DNA of 64,000 nucleotides, from the NCBI GenBank assembly GCA_050949565.1, contig JBMNFY010000007.1, positions 1 through 64,000 on the forward strand. Reading direction: 5' to 3'. Made by a program: the position numbers and the translations under genes. Of this stretch, positions 48,756 through 57,600 are shown one piece after another. Numbering within the stretch: the first letter of the stretch is position 1; each line of letters opens with the position of its first letter. The notes beneath the pieces were generated by a model, which was given only the letters and a program-made list of their open reading frames with translations, made no database searches and had not been told where the DNA came from. This DNA is from Kiritimatiellia bacterium. Its GTDB lineage: Bacteria > Verrucomicrobiota > Kiritimatiellia > RFP12 > UBA1067.

Positions 48756-48991
48756 AATCGGTTCGTGACAGGGATGTGTGAAGATCGTGCGTTTATGGTG
48801 AAAGGGGGAGTAGAAAGTCGGGCGCGGGTGTCCTCGCCCACAACAACGTGTCTTGTAAAAGGGTGTGGCACGGGCATCTTGCCGTGTTCCATGGTTTCAT
48901 TTTTTGACAGGATTTCCCGCTGCGCGGACGCGTAAACGACACGATCGACATGATTGACATGATTTGGAGGGCGAGTGTCCCCACGAGCCGC
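48756..48991 (-). repeat. Modular mosaic repeat element, copy C
   Basis: Reverse complement is collinear with the right two-thirds of copies A and B. Confidence 0.8.
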
Positions 48992-49149
48992 AGCCGCGCT
49001 GTGCGCGGATTTTTCACTTCTGCGTTCTGCGTTCGACGTTCTGCGTTCTGCGTTCAAAAGAGACGGCGTTAAACGCCGCCCACTTGAGCGTTGAAAGTTG
49101 AGCGGACGGCGGCTCGTGGGGACACTCGCCCTCCAGTGCTGCGGTCTGG

Positions 49150-49340
49150 GCTCGCGAAGCACCGGGAGGGTCAAGCGTCTGCTTGACCGGCCGCGCTGTG
49201 CGCGGCGAAAGGAGCACGGACATTCCTGTCCGTGCCACGGGTTGGAAAACCCGTGCCCCTATTTTAATGCCAAGTTATAGGCAAGGAGTTTTCGACTTCA
49301 GAGTTTAGAGTTCGACGTTCAGCGTTCTGAGTTAAAAAAC
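49150..49340 (-). repeat. 191-bp inverted repeat, right copy
   Basis: Reverse complement of 42963-43153. Confidence 0.95.
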
Positions 49341-49356
49341 TCCTAACTCCTAAATC

Positions 49357-50457
49357 CTAAATCCTAACTCCGCGCGGCAGCGCGGCCGCGCGGTAGGCGG
49401 CTTCGCGTTCGAGGCAACCCGCGACGGCGGCGTGGATCGCGTCGAGGGTGTTTAGTTCATGCAGGCGTCCGCGCACGTAGGACGAGCCTTTGAGTCCGTG
49501 CAGGTAGCGGAAGAGGTGGCAACGGAAGGTTGTGGCCAGCGTTTCCTCCAACTGTGCGGCATCGACAGGCAGGCCAGAGCGCGCTTGGATGCGTTCGAAC
49601 AACGCGATTTCGGCCGCGATATGCGCTTCGAACGTGTCGCGGATCACGGTGAGGTCGCGGCGCGGACGCGCGCCGGCAAAGGCGGGCGCCGGAGGTTCTG
49701 CGCCGGAAGCAAACGCCGCCAGCGTGTCTTCAAAGATCCAGGGATTGCCGAGTGCGGCGCGGGCGATCATGATGGCGTCCACGCCGGTTTCGTGAAACAT
49801 GCGCCACGCATCGTACGGGGAGGCCACGCCGCCATTGCCGATGACTGGGAGTGTCGCGCGTCGTTTCACTTCGGCCAGCAGGTCGAGATGCACGGGACCG
49901 CCGTGGCCCTGCGAGGTGAAGCGTCCATGTAGCGTGAGGGCGTCGGCACCAGCTTGTTCGGCGGCGTCGAGAGTTTCAAAGATGGCTACACGGTCAGGGG
50001 ACGGCCCAAGACGCGTCTTGAGGGTCAGCGGCAAACGGATGGCGCGTCGCATCGCGGAGAGAATGGCATGGATGCGGCGGGGGTCATGGATCAGGGCGGC
50101 GCCGGCACCGTTCGCGGTGATTTTGTGAACCGGACAGCCAGCGTTGAGGTCGATGCCGACAAAGCGTCCGCTCTGCTCGACACGGACGGCGGCCTCTGCC
50201 AACGACGCAGGGTCGGAACCATAGAGATGGGCGATGACCGGTCCTTCGTCGTCAAAGGTTTCCAGCAGATGCCAGGTCTTGTCAGAGGTGTGTAGCAGGC
50301 CAAGATCACTCGTCATTTCGGTATACGTCAGCGCGGCACCGTGCTGATGACAGAGGCGGCGCATCGGAGCGTTGGTATAACCGGCCATCGGTGCCAAGAA
50401 GAGTAGGGGGGACTGGCGGGATGGAAGGTCGAAACATGCATGCAGAGTCTTGCCCAT
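49357..50457 (-). CDS. dusB: tRNA-dihydrouridine synthase family protein
   Basis: LAPMAG, YTEM, DLNAGCP, LHGR, IGNGG and ARAALGNPW. Confidence 0.85.
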   Translation of the reverse strand: MGKTLHACFDLPSRQSPLLFLAPMAGYTNAPMRRLCHQHGAALTYTEMTSDLGLLHTSDKTWHLLETFDDEGPVIAHLYGSDPASLAEAAVRVEQSGRFVGIDLNAGCPVHKITANGAGAALIHDPRRIHAILSAMRRAIRLPLTLKTRLGPSPDRVAIFETLDAAEQAGADALTLHGRFTSQGHGGPVHLDLLAEVKRRATLPVIGNGGVASPYDAWRMFHETGVDAIMIARAALGNPWIFEDTLAAFASGAEPPAPAFAGARPRRDLTVIRDTFEAHIAAEIALFERIQARSGLPVDAAQLEETLATTFRCHLFRYLHGLKGSSYVRGRLHELNTLDAIHAAVAGCLEREAAYRAAALPRGVRI

Positions 50458-50589
50458 AACACGTGAAGCATAGCGGAATTCTCCAGAATGCCACACCACA
50501 AAAAGCGAATCATGGCGGAAGTAAATCCTAAATCCCCCAATCCTAAATCCTCCTTGTCTTGGGCGCTGTGTTATGTCAATGTTTCACCG

Positions 50590-52254
50590 ATGCGGTTAAC
50601 TCGTCTAGGCAGACTTCAGCCATACAGGAATATGAAACGGCTACGGCGCATTGTCGCGGTTGCCTTGGGCTGTGCCTTTACCTATATGCGCGCCCGGGTG
50701 CGACTGTACCGCGAGATGAAAAAAACCGGCGTTTCGGTTGATACCGCCGTCTGTCTCGGCTCTGCTTTACGTACGGCATGCGAGCGTCTGGGCCCCACCT
50801 TTATCAAGTTCGGTCAAGTGCTCAGCACGCGGCGCGACCTGTTGCCGGATGGTGTCGCTGACGAGTTGGCGCGGCTGCAAGACGGTGTCGAGGCCATGCC
50901 GCTGGCCGACGCTATTGCGGTGGTGGAGAGCGAGTACAGGCAGCCGCTCAACACGATTTTCTCTTATTTTTCGGAAACTCCCCTGGGCGCGGCATCGCTT
51001 TCTCAAGTACATGCGGCGCGCCTGGCCGCTACCGGCGAAGCGGTGGTCGTGAAGATCCAGCGTCCCGGTATTCAGGCGCTGGTCGATACCGACATTGATT
51101 TGCTGAGCCGCTTCATTCCCTTGCTCGAACGACACGTCGTAGAACTGCGCCACCTGAACCTCCATAGCATCGTGGAAGAGTTCTACAAGACGATCCGCAT
51201 GGAGATGGATTTCAAGCGTGAAATGCACAACACGCAGAAATTCCATAAGATTTTCGCCGACGATCCAACCGTCAAAATACCTCTGATCTACAAGGAACTC
51301 TGTACCGACAAAGTTCTGGTCATGGAAGAGCTGAAAGGTGTTAAGATCGATCAGGTCGATGAACTTGTTCGGCTGGGCTATGACCGCGACGCGCTCTCTA
51401 AGAGCTTGGTGGCGTTGTTGTCGAAACAGATTTTTACGCACGGCATTTACAACGGGGATGTTCACGCTGGCAATATTCTGGTGATGCCGGGGCCGACCAT
51501 CGGCCTTTTCGACTTTGGCATGGTGCGCACCATCGACCCCGAAACGCAGAAGCTGATGATCGACTTGTTCGTGGCGGTGGTAACCAAAGACGCGATCCGC
51601 ATGAGCCGGATCCTTGTGGCGTATACCGAGCCCGGTCATCAGCCGGACACGAAGCGTCTGGCCCGCGATTTGCATGAACTGCTGGTGTTCTATTACGACC
51701 TCTCCGCTGAAGACCTGAGCGTGGAGACTCTGCTGGAGACGATCATGGACCTGCTTGCCACGCATAAGCTGGTGATGCCCCAACAGTTGATCATGCTCTG
51801 CCGGGCGGCGGTGATGACCGAGAGCATCGTGCGTACGTTATCTCCGCGCATCTACTTTGTGATTGAGCTTTCGCCCTTTATCAAGGAGGCTATCAAGAAC
51901 CGCTTTTCGTTGAGTAACGTACGTGATGAACTGGGGCGGCTGGCGGCTGACGGAACACGCGCGATCAGGGCATTGCCCGGTGCGCTGGGAACATTCCTGA
52001 CGAATATGAACGACGGTGTCCTGCGGATCGAATCGCAACATCGCGATATGGAGCGGTACACGCATCAACTCCGCCGCATGACGACGTGCCTTGCGTTGAG
52101 CGTGATCAGCGTTTCGCTGTTTCTGGGGTCGGTCGTGCTTGTGGTGTTTGCCAAGGACGGTGCGCCCGGCTTGGCGATGGCCGCTCGCATCGGACTCATC
52201 GCGGCTGCGATTCTGATCTGTGCGACATTACTCAAAATGTTCCGACAGCGCTAA
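50590..52254 (+). CDS. ABC1/AarF/UbiB family kinase
   Basis: LGPTFIKFGQVLSTR, AASLSQVH, VVKIQRP, GDVHAGN and DFGM; C-terminal TM helices. Confidence 0.9.
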   Translation: MRLTRLGRLQPYRNMKRLRRIVAVALGCAFTYMRARVRLYREMKKTGVSVDTAVCLGSALRTACERLGPTFIKFGQVLSTRRDLLPDGVADELARLQDGVEAMPLADAIAVVESEYRQPLNTIFSYFSETPLGAASLSQVHAARLAATGEAVVVKIQRPGIQALVDTDIDLLSRFIPLLERHVVELRHLNLHSIVEEFYKTIRMEMDFKREMHNTQKFHKIFADDPTVKIPLIYKELCTDKVLVMEELKGVKIDQVDELVRLGYDRDALSKSLVALLSKQIFTHGIYNGDVHAGNILVMPGPTIGLFDFGMVRTIDPETQKLMIDLFVAVVTKDAIRMSRILVAYTEPGHQPDTKRLARDLHELLVFYYDLSAEDLSVETLLETIMDLLATHKLVMPQQLIMLCRAAVMTESIVRTLSPRIYFVIELSPFIKEAIKNRFSLSNVRDELGRLAADGTRAIRALPGALGTFLTNMNDGVLRIESQHRDMERYTHQLRRMTTCLALSVISVSLFLGSVVLVVFAKDGAPGLAMAARIGLIAAAILICATLLKMFRQR

Positions 52255-52340
52255 CGCGGGCGATGTCGCACCCCTCGCACAAAGGCACTGGAGAAGTTCA
52301 GATTGCGGGTTTCGCCCGCATTAGGGAGTTGAGGATTGGT

Positions 52341-54512
52341 ATGAAAGCACTTGTTCTTGGAATCATGGCATTTTGTGTGGTCGCCTCCGGTTGGAGCGGA
52401 TCGGTTCCGTCACCTGCGGTGTGCGTGAGGGCATGTCCTGATGGGGCGCAGTCGGCGCCGCGCCAGTGGAACGGCATAGCACCCCAAGTGAAGGCGTGGG
52501 AGCTCGGAAAGCGACAAGAGACGCTCGCATGGTTCGAGGAGAACCAGTTCGGCAAGACACCGGTCGGCCGCTTGCCGGATGAGGTGATTGGCGAAACCTA
52601 CGTTGCCTTCACCAATGCGGGCATCCGTATTGAGATCCACTGCAGTCTGCCGACCGGCGCTGATGCCGCGCATCCCGTACCGGTTTTTCTCTTCGGCGAT
52701 CATCGGGGCGGTAATGTACCGCCGGATTTCGCGCCGGAGGAATACGCTGGTGTTCCGACAAACTCGATCACGGCTCGCGGCTATGCCTATGTGCGGTGGA
52801 ACTTCAACGCTGTCTGCCCGAACGTGGATGCGAAACATTCATTCGAACGGTGGCCGCTCGGCATTATCTCCTATGTCGCGACAGGCGACAGGAATGCGAC
52901 GAACGTCGTTCGTCAGGCGAACTCTTGGGGAACGATTGGCGCATGGGCGTGGGGTAACTCGCGGGTGATGGACTGGATCGAGACCCGTCCCGAACTCGAC
53001 GCGACGCGTGTCGCCGTGCTCGGGCATAGCCGTGGCGGGAAGACCGCGCTTTGGACGGGCGCACAGGATGAGCGTTTTGCGATGACGATCTCTAACGGTT
53101 CCGGCTGCGGCGGTGCGCGGCTCGGACGGGCGAAAGATCCGAAGGCAGAGACCATCCGGCAGATCCTCAAGAACTTCCCGAATTGGTTCTGCCCCGCCTT
53201 TGTCGCGTGGATTGACCGGGATGCTGAGTTGCCGCATGACGCGGATGACCTCATCCGCCTGATCGCCCCGCGACTCGTCTATGTGGCGAGCGGGAGCGAG
53301 GACGCCTGGGCGGGTCCGGCGGCGGAGAAGGCGGCCTGGGATGCGGCCCATGACATTTATCGCGCGTATAAACTTGAAGAACGTATGGGGTACCACTGCC
53401 ACGACGGGCCTCACAAACTCCGTGCCGACGACTGGGAGAGGTTCATGGATTTTGCGGACCGTCATCTTAAAGCACCGTCCACGGCGGACTCGGATGCGAT
53501 CGAGCGTCGCATCGCGGCGGCATGCGTCGACGGTTCGCGTGCAGTGACGTTGGCGAAGAATGCGGCATCGGTGGACGGCGTTTGGCACCTGACGCGGGCA
53601 ATCCTCGTGCCGGACGACTTCACGCTTGTCTTTGATGGCTGCCGCGTGGAGCTTGTGGACGGGACGCAGGACAATCTTGTGCGCAACGCCGGTGCCGTAG
53701 AGGGGCAGTGTGTGCCGAACCGCGGCATTCGTATTCTCGGCAAGAATGGAGCGGTTCTGAGCGGTGGCAAACGCAACCACTATTTGCCCCGGCGCTCGGG
53801 CGATCCGAACGGCTGGCGGTCGGTCGGCATTCTCCTTTGTGACGTGAGCGACTACGAGGTCGGCGGGTTTGCGATGGAGGAAACCCAATGCTGGGCGATT
53901 TCCCAAGAACGTTGTTGCCGTGGTCACATACACGATATCGTCTTCGGTTCGACGGACATCATGTTCAATCAGGACGGCGTTGACGTGCGCAAGGGGTGCC
54001 ACGATCTTGTGATCGAGAACATCTCCGGTATGACAGGTGACGATGTTGTTGCGTTGACGGCCTATCGTGATCCTCCCGACTCTCCCGCGCGCTTCGGTAT
54101 GCAGATCGGCGGCAATGCGACGCTGGGCGAAGCGGATGACATCTACAACATCACGATTCGCAATATCCGAGCCCGTTCGTCGGGAGGGCATGGCGTCATC
54201 CGTCTGCTGACGTGTGATGGAATCAAGATGCACCACATTACGGTTGAGGATGTCGTTGATACGGCGACGGGGGATGAGAAGCGCCCGCAGGCGACAATCC
54301 GCATCGGAGACAAGAGTTACCACAGGACAAAACGGTGCGAGTTGGGTGAGATGCATCATATAAACGTCCGAGGCGTAAAAGCTTCGGGGAAAGTCGCGGT
54401 GTGGATCAGGGGGCCGCTGAGTGACTCCTCGGTCGTTTCTATCACCGAGGTGCCGGGCGGTAAAAAATATGAGATTTCTGCGCCGATGGAAAATGTCCAG
54501 CTTGACCAATAA
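52341..54512 (+). CDS. CE15-like esterase fused to pectin-lyase-like beta-helix (GH28-like)
   Basis: WGTIGAWAWG, GHSRGGK, SGCGG and LIAPR (CE15 signature), followed by NQDGVD and TGDDVVAL. Confidence 0.8.
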   Translation: MKALVLGIMAFCVVASGWSGSVPSPAVCVRACPDGAQSAPRQWNGIAPQVKAWELGKRQETLAWFEENQFGKTPVGRLPDEVIGETYVAFTNAGIRIEIHCSLPTGADAAHPVPVFLFGDHRGGNVPPDFAPEEYAGVPTNSITARGYAYVRWNFNAVCPNVDAKHSFERWPLGIISYVATGDRNATNVVRQANSWGTIGAWAWGNSRVMDWIETRPELDATRVAVLGHSRGGKTALWTGAQDERFAMTISNGSGCGGARLGRAKDPKAETIRQILKNFPNWFCPAFVAWIDRDAELPHDADDLIRLIAPRLVYVASGSEDAWAGPAAEKAAWDAAHDIYRAYKLEERMGYHCHDGPHKLRADDWERFMDFADRHLKAPSTADSDAIERRIAAACVDGSRAVTLAKNAASVDGVWHLTRAILVPDDFTLVFDGCRVELVDGTQDNLVRNAGAVEGQCVPNRGIRILGKNGAVLSGGKRNHYLPRRSGDPNGWRSVGILLCDVSDYEVGGFAMEETQCWAISQERCCRGHIHDIVFGSTDIMFNQDGVDVRKGCHDLVIENISGMTGDDVVALTAYRDPPDSPARFGMQIGGNATLGEADDIYNITIRNIRARSSGGHGVIRLLTCDGIKMHHITVEDVVDTATGDEKRPQATIRIGDKSYHRTKRCELGEMHHINVRGVKASGKVAVWIRGPLSDSSVVSITEVPGGKKYEISAPMENVQLDQ

Positions 54513-54627
54513 TGTGTCGGGTTAGGGATTGACTGCCGCTCCCTTCTCTCGGCATAATGTGTATCAACTGTGGAAGTTGAGAGTTGCCGGTAGATTCCAT
54601 AAGATGCCAGTGAATGAGAGGGACGTC

Positions 54628-57600
54628 ATGAACTATAAAACGTTGTTCCTGTGTGTGTGTGTCGCCGCATCTGTCGTGCAGGCCCAAACCGTGTTGACCT
54701 ACAACGGCGCCAACGATGGAGACTGGTTCGCGGCGAACGTCTGGCTTGATGCCGCCAGCCAACCTGCGAGTTGGCAAGATGGTGCGGTGGCAGTGATCAC
54801 GAACCGGTATGTCAACCTGACCACGAATGCAACGGTTTACGGTCTGCGCGTCCATCTGGCGGCCTACACCCGCTTTCACGGTGCTGGCAAAATGACAATC
54901 GGTGCGGGCGGCATCGTGAAGACCGGCTCGGGTGAAATGAACATCCGGTATCAGGGCGGTGTCCACCTTACCGCTTCTCAGCCGTGGGACGCCCCGGACG
55001 GCGGTCTGATCTGTCCGGACGGACTGGTTAAGATTACCGCTGAGGACGGCGTGACGATCACAGGAGGCGGCCGCGCCGTGTTGCGCATGAACTCCGGGGG
55101 CGCATTGGGGGCGTCCCAAATGCTGCACGTGAAAACCAATGCGCACATTTCGATGCCTGCCAGCGGCTCGCTGGGATCGCCCGTTGTGTTGCTTGAGGGG
55201 GATGGCGTGCGTCTGTCCGCCGACGCGAATTGCATGTTGAACGCAACGCGGTTTGGTAGCCGGTTGATCGTACGCGATGGCGCTGACCTGAACGGTGCTG
55301 CCTGTACTCTCAGCTTACCGAAAATCGAGGTTGATGCGCCGTCTTTCACGACGCAAGTGGTTTCGTTGGCGACCTTTACTTCGCTCGCGTTGGGAGTGGC
55401 CGAAACCGAACTCGCGGTGACGGCACCTGCGATGTTGCAGATGAACGCCCCGCTGAATGACGCGACTGACGTGTCGGCGGCTTTGCGTAAGACCGGCTCG
55501 GGCGTGCTGCGTCTGAGCCGGGCTGGTCAATTTTCCGGCGGGCTGACTGTCGATAACGGGTGGACCGAACTGGCGCATGCGGCGGGCGCAGGGACCGGAC
55601 CGGTCACGCTGGCCGCAGGGACGACGCTGGAACTGACAGGCGACGGGACTGTCCCGAATGTGATCTCCGGCGACGGGTGCGTGGTCAAATCTGGCGCGAC
55701 GAGCGTGACGTTGGGTGGTGCGAACACGTATGCGGGCGGGACATCGATCGCGGGCGGTGCCGTGCGTGTGGCCACACCGGCCGGACTCGGCAGCGGCGCG
55801 GTGACGGTCGCGGAGGGTGCCAAGCTGGTGTTGACCGCTTCGCAAACGGTCGTGCCGGCCGAGGTGGCGCGTATCGCCGGTGACGGATCGGTCTGGGCCG
55901 GTGCAGGCGCAGAGGTGGTGTGGGGCGCTGATTACATGACGGGCAGCACGCCGGCGCTGTTAGCGGAGTCAGGCGGGATCATCGAGATCGGGCAACTGAC
56001 GGGATCGGGATTTGTCAAAACGCAGCCGGGTACATTACGGATCAACGGAACCACCGGCTACAGCGGCGAGATCGTGGTGAACGAGGGTGTGCTGGATATC
56101 GGCAGCACGGCGAACTTGGCCGCTGGCGTAACGGTGCGGACCGAAGGCAGCGGCTGTGTGCAGCTCAACGGTCTTGCAGGTCAGGATCTGACGCGAATCA
56201 CCGGGACGCGCACCGTGGCGTTCGCTGACGGCGCGAGTGTCGCGGTGGACACCGACACGTTGACTGTCGGCCTGTCCACGGTGGCCAATCAAAGCTGGAC
56301 GGCCGCCCCGTTGAGCGGGTCCGGTGACTTGGTGAAGACCGGACCGGGCACGCTGGTGGTCGCAAACGGTACGGCTTTCACAGGGAATGTACGTGTGCTT
56401 CAGGGTGAGTTGGTAGCTACGGATGCATTGGGCTCTGGTTCGGTCACGGTGTCGAACGGGGTGTTCGCGGCGCGTGGCGCAGACGCATCGCTGTTGAATA
56501 CGTTTACGGTGGCGGGAGGCGAACTGCTGGCGGATGCGGGGGCTTCGCTCGGTGCCGGAACGATTCAGATGCTGGCTGGCGGGGTCGTGGCGGCTACCAA
56601 CGGTGGTTCGTTGGGATCAGGTTCGTTGGCGCTGTCCGCCGGTCGTCTGCGCATGGATGCCGGAGGGTCGGCCGGTACGCGGGCGGTGACACTCTCGAAC
56701 AGTGGCCGCATTGAAGTGTACGATGGCGCGGGATTCGATCAGGGCGCGTCGCTGACGATCGGTGGAGGGACTTTGGAGTTCAGGGCGACGACCACATTGA
56801 ACATCGGTGTCACGCTCACGGCCAACACGACCTTCAGCGCGAACACGTCGGCCGGTGCACAGGAGGCGGTTACGGGAACCTTGGCCGGGTTCCTCACAAC
56901 GACGGCCCGGAGCAAAGTGATCGTGAATGGCAATGCCCGTTTGCGAATCGCGGGCGGCGGTTCTTTCATCAGCGGCGGTGAAATCTTTGTGCAGAGCGAC
57001 GGCGATCTGGAAATTGTTTCAAATAAGGTCACGGTCACCGGTTATGCCGGTTTAGAGTCCAGCGGCAAGCGATTCGCGGTTGCCGATGGCGGCACATTTG
57101 AGATGTCCAACAGCGGGGCGAGGTTGCATGCCGGACACGGAAGCGGTAACGCACTTTTCGAAGTGCTGACCGGGGGCGTGTTTACGGCCAAGAGTGTCGT
57201 GCACGTCGCGATGAATGGGGGCGACTGCACCTTCCGGGTGAATGGCGGCGAGGCGATTCTGGAAGGTAACGTCGGTTTTGAATGTGGCAACGGTTCAGCG
57301 GCCAGCGACGGGCGCATTGAACTGCTTGCGGGAATACTGCGCACCAGCCGTCAACTGACTCGCGGAACGGGGACGGGGCAGGTCGTGTTCAACGGCGGGA
57401 CGTGGGTGCGTGATGCCGCGTTCGCGCCAAATCCATGGATCGCCTCGACCATCCCGCTAACGGTCGAGGCGGGCGGCGGTCAGTTTGTGTTGAACGGTGC
57501 CGAGGGCGTATTGGGGTCGGCCGGGCTTTCGGGGACGGGGCTCTTGCAACTCACAGGTGGCGGGGCGCTGACCTTCGGGGCTGCGTCGCCCGACTGGACA

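Noticed and set aside
42963-49340. Autonomous IS or composite transposon
   Set aside because: No transposase or recombinase ORF and no target-site duplication visible; kept only as a non-autonomous hypothesis.
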